A stretch of DNA of 64,000 nt from Epithemia pelagica. Taxonomy: Eukaryota > Protista > Bacillariophyta. The notes under the pieces were generated by a model. The model was given only the letters and a program-made list of their open reading frames with translations. It did not search any database and was not told where the DNA came from. Positions 11,540-23,796 of this stretch are shown piece by piece. The stretch lies in NCBI GenBank assembly GCA_946965045.2, contig OX337228.1, positions 1,612,001 to 1,676,000 on the forward strand, read 5' to 3'. Position 1 is the stretch's first letter; the number at the start of each line of letters is the position of its first letter. The translations under genes and the position numbers were made by a program.

Positions 11540-13084
11540 ATGGAGTCCATACCCTCTGAGGTGCTGCTGGATGACCCAGTCTTCAATACTGTTCCTCTTG
11601 AAGTGCTTGAAAAAGAAATGAGTGGTCGCATTCCCCCATTCCGGCAGAAGTCAACTTCACGGTCCTCTGAGAAAGCACGATGTGCCTCCCGGTTTGATGA
11701 TTTTGCCCAGATTCATGAATGCCCCAAATTATTTTCCTTCACCTTGTCTGAAGTCTCTGAAATGGATGAAGATGGCAACTATTGTCTTCTCCACACTTTC
11801 CGCTCATACGCCACCTACGTACTGGAGCTACGGCAAGTGGTTGATGGGAAATCAGTGCCATATTCTCCTGCCTCCTATTTGAAGTTTTTTGCAACACCAA
11901 AGACAATTCTTGCTGAGAGATTCCAAAATGCAGATTGGCTGCAGAAGGATCACCCGAAGAGCAGGTGGTGGACGGAGCTGTACTCGGATTTCAAGTTCCG
12001 ATCACGTGCGGAGTGCATCAAGTATGGGGGCAAGTTGGAAGAAACAACTGAAGGGATTCACTATAATGCCCTCCACTCTATTATGGATGGCATTATGAGG
12101 GGAATACATCAATCAACTATAAAAGCAAATTCGGATGACATGGAGATACGCGCGGCTATGACAATTCTACGACAAGCAGCCGGACGATCAAGTGAGGTGG
12201 CCCTTGTTTCCTTCCGTGGAATGTCATGGCAGGAAAGACTGTTTATTGACTGGGGAGAGATCAAGAATGCAAAATCCACACTACTGGATTTCTATCCAGA
12301 TGCCCGTGGATTCATGTTGGATCCCTACCATGCGATTGGGTGTATGGTCGTGACCAAACCAGGATGTCATGCAACACGACCTATAGAACAAGGAGAGAGG
12401 AGTTTTCTATTCCCCAAGCTCTCTCTCTATGTGGATGGAGGTGCAGCAGGGAAAATAACCAAGACCATTCATGACGTTTGTGAAAGTGCCCGAATCCCAG
12501 GTTTACATGGGAAGCTTACGGGCCACGGCATTCGAGCTGGAGCAGCTGACGACATGCTTCTAACTGTACACTCCTTGGACGTCATTGGTATAGTCCTTGG
12601 AGCTATTTTCCGTGGTGGTTGGGATTTTGTTTCGGAATGTACCATGCTCCGGTACCTATTTGAGAAAAAGTACATTGCGATGTCCGGCAAGATTCTTGCC
12701 GGGTACGAGCATTCGGAGCAAGCTGTGTCTCTGCCAACTCTTGCTGCCATTGAAACAACCTCATCTAACCTTATCTGGATTGACAATCTGGCCCTAAACA
12801 TCTTTTCATCTCCAGAATGGACCAGCTTGGCATTTCAGCCTCTCCGTGACACCATCCTTGCCAGTCTGTTCATGTATCACAAGCAGGTGGTGGAGACGTA
12901 CGGAAAAGACCATGTTGCGGCAGCTTTCTTTATTGCGCAATGCAATGATGTTGGTATTGAAGACCACAGTATTGAACAATGGGGAAGACAGATTCACATA
13001 AAATGCAAACAATCAACAGTCTGGCATACCATGCCATTATGGAGTCAAAAGCCAAGCAGTGTGACGGATTCGAAAAGGTTCTAG
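11540..13084 (+). CDS. Tyrosine recombinase (phage-integrase fold)
   Basis: Catalytic residues in the expected order: R (AAGRSSEV), K (EIKNAK), HxxR (TGHGIRAG), W (RGGW), Y (MLRY). Confidence 0.8.
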   Translation: MESIPSEVLLDDPVFNTVPLEVLEKEMSGRIPPFRQKSTSRSSEKARCASRFDDFAQIHECPKLFSFTLSEVSEMDEDGNYCLLHTFRSYATYVLELRQVVDGKSVPYSPASYLKFFATPKTILAERFQNADWLQKDHPKSRWWTELYSDFKFRSRAECIKYGGKLEETTEGIHYNALHSIMDGIMRGIHQSTIKANSDDMEIRAAMTILRQAAGRSSEVALVSFRGMSWQERLFIDWGEIKNAKSTLLDFYPDARGFMLDPYHAIGCMVVTKPGCHATRPIEQGERSFLFPKLSLYVDGGAAGKITKTIHDVCESARIPGLHGKLTGHGIRAGAADDMLLTVHSLDVIGIVLGAIFRGGWDFVSECTMLRYLFEKKYIAMSGKILAGYEHSEQAVSLPTLAAIETTSSNLIWIDNLALNIFSSPEWTSLAFQPLRDTILASLFMYHKQVVETYGKDHVAAAFFIAQCNDVGIEDHSIEQWGRQIHIKCKQSTVWHTMPLWSQKPSSVTDSKRF

Positions 13085-13833
13085 TCGAACAACAGAAAGC
13101 AACACATAAAGAGCTAGCCTTACTACGTGATGAGAATCGTCTCCTCCAGAAGGACCTGGCTGAAATGAAAACAATGATGGCACAGTTGGTACTGACACAG
13201 CAACAGCAAATCACTCCGGTCACAAGCATTGAGGAGGAGGCCCAACAAGAAAACAACAACGACACTGACAAAGAGCCACAAGTGTCATCGAACAATCCCA
13301 CCATGGATCCCACCCCAGAGCCACCAAGAGCTCCCTCCAGTGAGATGCCAAATTCATTCATGGAACTTATGAGACAACCAAGGTCCCGGTCACTTGGCCT
13401 GAGAATGAGTGATGGACAACTGCAGGAAATGACCGTTGCAGCACTCCTGACAAAGGTCCGTCTCCATTGCATCAATCTGATGCATTCTCACCCTTTTGGC
13501 CCTGACATTTCCAGGAAGGTCAAGGCTAAAGCAAAAAAGGTGGTCGAGGAGGCTATCTCCCGTGGAAAACACTCGGGTGTGCCTAGTCTTGTTGCAGCTG
13601 CCACAGAGCTATCATCCAAACAGTTCATTGACAAACAGGGCCCGGGGTATGCTTGTCAACTGAAAAAAATACAAAATATGGCCTCTGACATTACCACTAA
13701 CCTAATTTCAGCCTTGCTTGATGAATATCAAGCTTGTCCCTTTTTGGACTTCCAGGCCCAACAAGGTGGCTCCTCCCCGGACAAACAAATGGAAAGAAAA
13801 AAAACACTCATAAAAAGTTCAGGGCCAGACTGA
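12979..13833 (+). CDS. Coiled-coil protein; probable frameshifted C-terminal continuation of the YR ORF
   Basis: 284-aa ORF overlapping the YR ORF end by 106 nt in the -1 frame; heptad-like HKELALLRDENRLLQKDLAEMKTMMAQL. Confidence 0.55.
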   Translation: MGKTDSHKMQTINSLAYHAIMESKAKQCDGFEKVLVEQQKATHKELALLRDENRLLQKDLAEMKTMMAQLVLTQQQQITPVTSIEEEAQQENNNDTDKEPQVSSNNPTMDPTPEPPRAPSSEMPNSFMELMRQPRSRSLGLRMSDGQLQEMTVAALLTKVRLHCINLMHSHPFGPDISRKVKAKAKKVVEEAISRGKHSGVPSLVAAATELSSKQFIDKQGPGYACQLKKIQNMASDITTNLISALLDEYQACPFLDFQAQQGGSSPDKQMERKKTLIKSSGPD

Positions 13834-16601
13834 CCAAAGGACAAGTTGGTGCATCATGTAACATTCTTGAAGAAAGGTCTGCCAAATGGTACAAGCATAC
13901 CATTCATTAGCTTTGCCCTGTCATGATTTGTCCCCGTCTTGGCCTCGTGTTGTTACTATGGTAATAAAAACTACATTTTTTTATTTTTTGCACAAGGATA
14001 GTTTCTGCCTCTAGTTTCCCTCTAGCTAAAAGGATGTGAAATCCAATTTGTGAGCAAGAGTTCGTCGAATGACAGACGAAACACTCCCCAGAGAGAAGGT
14101 CAGGACTCAAGAAAAAATTCGCTCGATGGGGAGTTCTACGTCACAAAATGTCACCTTCTACATATGCCCCGTCCCTGAGAAGTTGGACGAATTGTCCCTG
14201 AGAAACTGGTCTAGCCTGAGCGACAGGTCAAGTTCGATGATGCAAGTGAACTTTGTTCGATTTTCTTCTAGAAAATTTTTATGGGTGGTTGGTGGTTGGG
14301 TCGTTGCGCCAACCGATTAGCGATTAGCGGGAGTACGGAGTACTGAGTACTGATTGGATACTCTGTACTCTCGATTCTGTACAACATGTTCTCTATGATT
14401 GATGCAGTGACTTGTTCTCCGTTCTATCTTCGTCTAAGCTCTAAGCTTCTAAGTTCTAAAGTGTAAAAACATACTTAGACACGAGTAACGAGTACTCGAT
14501 ACTCGTAGGGTACTTGGTCGGATCTATTGATTGTTTGCTAGTAGAGTAGGAAGTTAGTCGCTAGTCTAGCTATTTTTTTATGTCCGCTATATCCGGGTCC
14601 TATGTCTCTCGTACTCGTACTGTTGAGGAACGTAAATCGTAAATCGCAAATCGGTCAACTTCAAGATGGTAATCTTATTGTACTCGTACCTTCATTATTT
14701 AATATTCTGAGTTCGGAGCAAGCAGCGTGCCAGTCCTCAGACAAAAAGAAGGTCCAGTCATTTCAATTACTTCCCCAAGGAATGGCATGGAATAGGTAGA
14801 AGTGGTATGTGGCTGGCGTAAATGTCCAATGAAAAGACGTCTTTGATACGTCATTCATTCCTTCACTGATCACCAACGTCGGGTGGCGTGAAGAAGCGGC
14901 AAGAGGCAAGAAGTGCTACAACCCTCATTTCTCATAAATCACCCCCTCTCTTGTCAACACTGGTAGCTAGCTAGAGGCCATCTCCAGCATCATAAAGGAT
15001 GCATATCCATAGTTTTACTCAATACTCAATATCTGACGATAAGAATCATACCAGAACCCCAGGTTGTAAAAATATCCCCCAGATTTTGTTGGCATCTACA
15101 TCTATCTCCATCCCCTCGAGACCCGATGCCCCCCGGTATTTTGATACGGAGAAAAAGTTAACCCCTAAAATCTGGATGATGGAATATGACGATTATTATT
15201 TTCATCACTCTTTAAGGTGAAACAAAGAAGACTGGCGGGCATTCTTCAGCTTGAACTAGCATCTCCCTTATCCGTAGAAGAAGAGGTCAGGAGTTTCTGG
15301 CCGCCCTACCAGCTCCACAGACTCCCGATTATACACACCCAGTTTTTTAATCCCATCTGTTTTTGAAATTCCGGGTACCTTTCAATCACGCACGCCCCCC
15401 GGCCATTTCACACTAACCTATGTAATCCATGGAGCATTGGATATTTATACAAACAACACGCTTTTCTCACTATCATTTATCATAAAATTGGCCACCTCGC
15501 ACCTCGCGCAAGACCAGCTCGGAAGTCACAGACTGGGAGGCTGATCCCTTTTCTCATTTTCCAATTGTTCGTCAAAACACAAACCACCATTCGTGCGCAA
15601 TGATCTTGGATCGCCTGACCGGGGAAAGGGCAAGCAGAAATGAAAGAGTATGACTGTTGCGTAGGGCAGAGTATTCTTCCATCTTAGAGGTAGTCTGTTG
15701 TTGTTTATTTTTGCAATTCAATCGTCCATCTTCATCCTTCATCTATCTGTTTAGTAGGACTTGTCTCACCCATTGACGTCGTTGGATGGATTGAGGCCAT
15801 CAAGCACGTCCATTGCAGCTCCAATCATAGTTAACACCATTCGCTACTTTAGAATGTACTACTATGTAAGGATGCAATGGCCCTCTTGATTTTGAGCCAT
15901 TGCTCCTACAATCTGCATTGCCTTCAATTCAACATGCCGTATCTGGCCTGTTTCATTTCTCAGTGTCGAACAATAGAAGAGTAACTCTGCTATCTTTCTT
16001 CTCCCACAATGATGATGAAACTGAAATCAGCAGGAAGAAAAACAAAGTGGATGTCTAGAGGAAAGACCTACAATCACAGACAAAACTACAGTTGGTGAAG
16101 TGCAGAACGATGATCTTATTAGGAGTAGATAATTGGACTGACTATGAGCGAGGGAATTGACAGGGGAACTGGACAGGCTGAGAACAGAGGCAAATTGAAG
16201 TGGATCTGTTGTGGAACTCGCAGATGTACTCACATTATGTATTGGCTCCTAGGCCTTCCGTCGATCTGCCATTGCCGTCGTTGTGGTTTGTTGTTTGTTT
16301 TGGGGCATTTTGGTGTGTGGGCAAAATATGTGCGAAGGACAACCAACAAAACGTTTGTCTGTGACGGTTGACAGTTGGGAGCGGCAGTTGATACACGTGC
16401 CTTGACACGTGTCCTGAGCGGCAGCATGGGGTGCTGACAGGCGTGGGAATGCAGATGGGGTCAGTTCTTATGCGACTGAAAGCGACCAAAAAACTGGGTG
16501 TGGTTAATCGGGATTAGCGAGTTTGATAATAAACCACCTAATAACTGAAAGAACAGAGAGAGAATCTGCACCTTGTCTTTCTCTGGACTCTTGACAACTT
16601 T

Positions 16602-17124
16602 TGACAAAAGGTAAAGGACTCCGGTCGTTACGACACAACAATCAAAGATACAACAAAGCGTTAGACAATTCAAGGCACCAACCACGCAGCCAATTCCCCA
16701 CGGGTCAAGGAAAGGGCCAGCAACTACTAGAAGAGTAGGTAGGACACAAAGAGATGTGATGATGATGCTTTTTAGAATTGTGAGTGTTATCGTCTATGTT
16801 AGTGCTTGTTGTTGTTGTTCCCCCTTTTCCATCCATTTGTACTAGGTACGTAGAAATCTACACGCAGCATTGCTGGTTCGTGTGCATCTGACACCTAGAT
16901 CGCATTCAATTGTCCCAAGATATCGCACATGTTCATGGATGATGTCTAGCTCATGTCCAAGGCCATTGAAAGCGCCTCCTATCGTATTCCCTTTCTCTCC
17001 ATTGTCTAAACTACGATCTACATGTGCTAGGTGTTTGTATATTATGACGTCACAGCCAGATGAAACCACTAGGTATTGATCGTGACTCATCGTACGATCA
17101 GTCACGGTCATCTACCTTGTGCGA
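16602..17124 (-). repeat. 3' LTR of element A
   Basis: Direct repeat of 23797-24319 with four substitutions seen by eye. Confidence 0.97.
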
Positions 17125-20100
17125 CTCCCCTTTCGTCTGTCTGTCTTGTTTTGGTTCATTGATCTTATCGTTCAAAGCACTAACATCACCCCGCCAGAAT
17201 AGCAGAGGTTTAAGGAGTGGCCATCCCGTGACAAAATCCCAATTTTTAGTCAACACGTCAGCGGGATTGGTCTTGCCATCCTTCCAGTAAAACTTGATAG
17301 CATTCGATGCCATACACTCACGTACACGGTTGTAGCTCAGAAAGTGATGGCGTTTGCTAAGGATTGAATGTGGTACCGTACTATTGGTTACCACTGACTT
17401 GTTATCTCCGAATAGGTAACTAGAATCTCGTAGTGGCACTCCTAGGTAGCGAAGAAAAATGCGTAGTTCCATGATTTGATCACATGCAATCCGTGCAGAG
17501 ACAAATTCAGAGCCAAAGGTTGTAGTCTCAACCGTTGCCTGTCGCTTGGAGTACCAGTCCATGGGAGTTCCATTGACTAGGTGTAGAATCCCAGATGCTG
17601 ATCTCCCCGTAATCATGTTGTGCTTTAGGTTAGCATCGACATAGGTAGTTGTAACAACAGGTAGACCCTTAGGTTCCGGTGCATCTTTTGGAACTTCCTC
17701 TCGTGCTCCATCGTAAACGCGGAACCAATCATAGTTTTGATCTGGCAAATTGGAGTAGTCTGGTTCATGTAGTCTAAAACGGATTGCTCCATGATACATG
17801 CCAGCTAGGTATCCAACAACTCGTTTTGCACGTTCCAAATGGCCAATTCGTGGAGCGGCACGGAATCTAGCCAATGTCATGACGGAAGTGAAGATGTCAA
17901 AGCGACCTACAGTCACCAGCCATTGCAGTTGCCCTATAATGGATTGATAGATGGCAATGTCCTTTTCTTCACATAGCTCGCTATCATCTAGTTCAGGATG
18001 ATCTTACCGGTCTAATGGAGTCTTGTACTTTTTCGGTTTGTTCCCGAATAAGATTTCGTACCCTTCGAGTATCTTCTCAACGTATCTTCTGGGGTCCCCA
18101 ACCAATGTTCCATCTGGTTCTCTCTTGTATGTACACCCTAGGTGATATGCTATTGGGCCCACACCTTTGAGTTTGAATTTAAATTTTTCAGTGAAAGTAT
18201 CACAAATTTCTTTCGGGTTCTTTGCAGCAATTGCTAGGTCGTCTACATAAACTGCTACGTACTCGTAGACACCGTGCTCTTCGTTTAGCTTAAACCAGAT
18301 GTCAGGTTCAATCTTGCATGGTTTAAATCCCATTTCTTGTAAGACGTCGTAGAGTTTATCATGCCATCGTGCTCCACTGGTCACAAGTCCGTAAAGTGCC
18401 TTATCAAAAATCAAGATTTTTCCTTCCAAATCTCCAAATTCAGGACCAGCTATGATGAATAGCTTCTCCTTTGTTTGTGCTTCTAGGTAAGCATTTCCAA
18501 TGTCAGCTGCCCAGATCTCCAGCTTGTTCAGTTCACTGAGGAAGATAACTAGACGTAGGCCACGTATTGATACCACTCCTGAGTAGCTTGACATAGACGG
18601 GTCTCGTATAGTCAAATGCCCATCAGCTACAAGTCTAGCTTTTCGACGTCCATCATGTTTGACATCGAAAACTAGGTGAACTCTCAATCGTTGATATCCT
18701 TCAGGAGCATTCATAAGCTTCCCATTTTGGAAAATAGCCTTATCCCGGACTAGGAATGTCTTGTATTGATGAATGACTTGATCTAGCTCGAGTTCAGTTG
18801 CTTTTGACCATAAGTTATTCTTGTTGTGAACATCTAGCAGGATAGCTTCATCATAATCCCGTGGGACTTGCACGCCAAAACGGTACTTGATTTGCGCACG
18901 AGAGTTACGCCGGATCATCTTTTTCTTGGCTTGCTGCAAATGTCGACGGAGTGTCTTGATGAGTCGTTTTTCAGTCTTGACGTATTTAGCTAGGTGCTTC
19001 CAGCCATCTAAGTCGAGTAGTCTATTATTCTTGGCATAGATAGCGCATAGCAAAGGATCATCACTAGCTATAAAAGAAAGAGGCTCATAGCTAGTCTCCC
19101 CATTTTCCCATTCGACAAGAACGTTGTAGCTAGATCCCTTGTAATGAGCATCAGTAGGTTTGAGAGGACCTTGATGAGCAGTGATTTGCCGCATTCGATA
19201 CTCTTGGTCAGAGAAAACAACGTCGTCAGGATCATGATCTAGATGATTGAGAAGTTCATTGTAAGTGACAATCTCACGAAGGCGACCTTCATCATATTCC
19301 ACTTCAAAACTGAGGTCTTCAAAACGTTTGCGGTCACGATAAGCTTGATCTTGGACCATAGCAACAACTAACCCACGAAAACGCTCCCCAGTTTCCAGTT
19401 TAGGGCCAAGAAATTTAAGGCCAAGTAGATCATGTGGATCTATAGTAGGCATAGGAGGTGTAGATCCAGAAGACCTATCTTCATGACGACCTCTGACATG
19501 AACTATCTCCGCTTTTTCTGGATCTAGACGTCGGTTAGGTAAAGAAGAGGTAGCACTACGAATAGTAGACCGAAACAAAATCGTAGAGGTCTCATCAGTA
19601 AGGATCTTCCATGTTAATGGATCCCCAACTCCAGTACCAAAACCTACCCAACGACCTTTAGATTCATAACCAGTAGAAGGGTAAGAAGATCGATCAGGAT
19701 CATAAGAAAAATAAATTGGTTCCCAGAAATAATGAGCAAGTAAGAAATTGACATCAGGAGTGGAGCCCGTCAGGCGCTCAATGGGGGTGCGACCGTTAAG
19801 CGCCGGCGAAGCAAGGTGGTTAAGCACGGTCGACGCATAGTCTAGGGCAAGTAACCAGCAGCTAGGTGGACAACCAGAGGTATTGAGAATAAGATTAGTC
19901 CAGCGCTTAAGAGTAGAGTACCGATTTTCAGCAAAATTCTGATGCTGATGATGAGGTTCAGATGTGTACTGAGAAATAAACAGAGACCGTAGGATGTCTT
20001 GTACCTTCTTAGAAACTAAAGCCTGAGCACGATCACTGATTAAAACGTCCATAGCTCCCCGTAGTCGGATATTATCCTCAAGGGTATTGACGAATTGAGC

Positions 20101-22725
20101 ATCAGATTTGACTCCATACACATCGCAAACAAGGGTATCTCTTCCAACAAAAATTTGAGCAGCCTTAGAACCATTATCAATAGCAGGTGTATCGGCAAAG
20201 ACTGTATCAGTGGCAACCCCTTCACGACGACGACCGATATTGAGCACAGGGTTACGAGTGCAAAAGTGCTTCTTGAGATAATCATGAGGGGAAAATCCCA
20301 CATAGCGTGTAGAAACCTTAAAGGTATTAGCTATGCTATCAGCCGATGCCCAAGCAAAATAAGGACGTAGGGCTTCAAAATCTTCAGATTTCAGAGATTG
20401 TTGATGATAACGACTGTGTTGGAAGTCGACGGCACCAGCTAGGTTCGTCTGTTGATGAAGGGTAAGAATCTGGGAAACTAGGTTGACGCGATGAACATAG
20501 TTTCCAGTCGCAGAAAAATCACGATCAATAGGGTCTGGGTTGATAAGATCCATCCAATCAGAATGTGTATCAGGATTGGATGAATGAGAATGATCCATGA
20601 CGTCAGGATTCCATTCATCGGGTGACGTAAAGACGACATGAGGATAGGTAGCTAGGTCATTATCAGTTGGAATGCCTAGACTATCCAAATAGACAAGTCC
20701 ACCCTTAAAGATCAAAGGTACGGCATAACCGTCTAGAGTCTCAATACGCTGTCGACCACCGACAAGAACTGACTTGTCATCAACAAGAGTCTTGAAATAT
20801 TCCATTTGTGGTGGAGAGTGAATCAAACGACCTTTTCCAAGGTAAGCATACTCATGGAAAATACCAACGATTGTACCTAGCTGTGTAGAATAAAGACCTG
20901 CAGCGGTAACAATGTCCAAGCCAGTTACCTCATGATTATCAATGCCAACAATGTTAATCTTGCGACCAGTTTTGTGGATAATCTTCAAATCACTCCCAGC
21001 TAAACCACCATTGGCCCCTCTATCAATCAACTGAAAGGTAGGGTTAAGGTTAGCCTTTGAGAAGCGATAGGTAGCATTGATAGAGAAACTAACACCCTTA
21101 GATTTAGCCTTGTTGGCAGAAAGGACGCGCTGAATATCGGATTCAGGATAATCAGTTTGCTCATGTAACATCGTGAGAAGCTGATCAGGACTAGGATCAG
21201 ACTCAGTAGCATCAGCAGCTTCTTGGCAAGCTTCTTCAGTATTATCAGTAGCTGTTGGAATTTCATCAGCAGATGATTCACTAACCTCATGTAGATTCGT
21301 TTGACGAGGTTTAGAATTAGGTGAGTTAGCCAAGATACGTTTATTGTGTGCTTTTAGCATCTCTTTAACTTCATCTGAAGTAGCATCCCAAATATCCTTA
21401 GGGAGAAAAATACGCTGAGTACGAGTATCAATGCGATTACGAGTCCGATTAGCTTGAAAAATAGACACAAGATCCTCTTGAATGAAATCATCATGAGAAC
21501 TAGAATGATCAGAGTCAAAAATATCGTGATCACACTGTTGGGAAGCATAAGCTCGTCGTTTAGATCCATTCTTGCTAGCTAAGTGCTGATCAAATTGAAA
21601 AGCAGCATTAGTCAACACACGATAGTAGTCATCATAGGACATCTTTGCATGAGTCCCAGATTGAGATTTAAGAAAATCATCGAAAATCTTGACACGTCGA
21701 AGATCTTCATTACCATCCACAGCTTGCATGAGAAAAGTAGTACGTGAAAAATCAGGTAGCTTTTGGCTAGAATCACATAGACTATCTAAAAGACGTAGTT
21801 GTTCATTGAAATGAAGCAAGAACTGGGATGTAGTGCCTCTCCATGCTGAATCAAGACAAATGTTTGTAAGATAGGCAGTAAGACGCATGATTTCCTTGCG
21901 TGACAACTCGGAGTCCGTATGATGAGTGCGTAACTCATCTAGGACGGCTGCAGCATCCATGTCCATAGTATGGGCACGAATGATAGCACGACCTTTATCA
22001 GTTTGTAAACAACGAACTAAAACTGAATATAGAAAGATCTGTTGTTCTCGATAAAGAGCAGAGGCAGCAGGATCTGTGGAATCCACAACAAAAGAAGGAT
22101 CCAAAACATTGCCTAATCCTTGAGCAAGTGCAGTAGCACGAAAACTACGCATAAAGGGGTCATAGTTTTTATCTTCCTTGAGTACTTCATATGCCGTTGA
22201 GTCGCGTTTAATGCCTTTACGAAAGGTAGTCAAATCTTGCTGGGACTGAGACGAATTAGACGTAGTAGACTTCCCCCCCGGAGTGCCAAGAGATGGAGTA
22301 CCTGGAGTAGACGGCACGTTTAAGGCCGGAGACTGAAAAGGTGTAGGGAAATGAGTCCCGATGCAAAACAGACCATATTCCTCGCGAGTAAGTGCTAACC
22401 AGTCATCAGCACCAAAGAAACGCTGAGCGAGAGATTGAAGATGATTAGCCCAAAGAAGAAAAGCACGGATTTGCTTAGCGAAGCTAGGATGTAATTTCTG
22501 GGTCTTATTCTGTCGCTTAGTTTTAAAATCGAGGTCACCCGCAAGGGTTTCAGGATCGGTGACATACAACTCAAGAAACTCAGAGAAGTCTAAAAATTTG
22601 TGATGAGTAAACCAGTCTTGGAAATCAGTAAGGCGATCGGGGGGTTGTTTCAAGATCGTAGTAAAGATATGCTGAAAAACTGGATCCTGGGAAAGATCTA
22701 CTGCATTCTCAGTCGGTTCCGTCAT
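17098..22725 (-). pseudogene. gag-pol polyprotein of element A with one in-frame TAA at 18004-18006
   Basis: PR (LIDRGANGG), IN (ATDTVF, LISDRAQ, AENRY), RT (DIGNAYLEA, ALYGL, YVDDL); reading continues in frame past the stop (PLDR*DHPELD) into RNase H (YVDANL, GDNKSV, NPADVLTK). Confidence 0.93.
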
Positions 22726-23783
22726 GATATCAGTAAACTAGGTAGAACTAGGTGAAAAACTTGAATATCTTGAGCGGAGATAGGACGAAGTTACTACTGA
22801 AGAGCCCTCTGAATCAAATTCACCAGGTAGTAGCCTACTTGTATCCGTCTCCAAAAACTTGAAAAACTTGAAAATAAAACCAAATAAAATACTTGAAATC
22901 AAACCGATTGAAAATAAAACTCCAAGCAGAGGTACTATTCAGAACCGGGAGCAATGTCACGGGGCTCGCTGAGCGAAGCTAATTAGAATGTGACGCGCTT
23001 CCACTACAGTCTTTAGGCTAGGTTGCTACCCGAGGGTAACGAAGAACTAGCAAGATCTGACGGTGTCTGTTCTTGACTCCACACACCGGGATTGCCAATC
23101 CCTAGCCCAAACTCCACGTGTAGGAAGGAAAAGAAGCGATCAAAAGGCGGAAAAACCAAGAACAATTGCGCGCCAGGAAGGTAACGTCTGGCAGTTAAGC
23201 AATCTGTCCACAGCGCAAAGATAGAGAGCCTGATCGCTTGGCGGGCGACAGCAACAGATGCGTTGTTAGTAACGAACACGTGTGCCGGAGCACGCGAAGT
23301 AGTACCTGTTGAGTACCTTAACTTCGCCCCCTGACGGTATCCAGCCGGTCTGGCAAGGATCGCCCTCTTTTCGGCCTTGCGGCTTACTTGTACGTAAAGT
23401 ACGGGATGGGGATACGACAGTCTCGCGGGGACTGGGAGTTGGGTTGCCCGTGGGATTGGTTACCTCGGATAGTTCCCCCAACTCTGTTTTCGGACACAGA
23501 CAAGAAACGACGAAAAACAAAATTCGATGCCGACAATGAAGATTTTTTGACAACGATAAGACGACAACCAACCGACCCAACAACCAACCAAATGGATGAA
23601 TCGATCAAATATGACGAGACGGAGAGGACGGGATATGAGAATCAATCCCTCCAAACGAATTTTACCTTCGGAAGTAAGAACGAAACCCAACAAACACAAA
23701 CGACGCAAGAGATCGGTGAAAGACAACAATCAACCAAACGATTCGAAAAAGAGACGAGAACAACAATCAACAGGCGTGCTGTT

Positions 23784-23796
23784 GAGACTGTTAATC
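23784..23796 (-). other. Primer-binding site of element A, complementary to a tRNA-Asn(GUU)-like anticodon arm
   Basis: Directly abuts the 5' LTR; plus strand GAGA-CTGTTAA-TC gives a 7-nt loop with U33 and anticodon GTT, closed by A-T and G-C pairs. Confidence 0.75.

Larger units (their letters stand above)
11302..14280 (+). mobile_element. Putative tyrosine-recombinase DNA transposon (Crypton-like); boundaries tentative
   Basis: YR ORF inside; 10-bp direct repeat GAAAATTTTT at 11302-11311 and 14271-14280; GTCCCT/AGGGAC motifs clustered near both ends; no LTRs, long TIRs or RT. Confidence 0.55.

Noticed and set aside
14300-14620. TACT/AGTA/CTAG-rich short repeats (also about 26380-26630, 44690-44740, 46590-46650, 58080-58150)
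   Set aside because: Recurring low-complexity intergenic texture between genes; no discrete element.
15000-16600. Degenerate TE or solo LTR hosting element A
   Set aside because: CpG-poor and LTR-like in texture, but no second copy, termini or protein motif could be shown.
16842-17111. 89-aa and 69-aa ORFs duplicated at 24037-24306
   Set aside because: They are simply the two LTR copies; no coding evidence.
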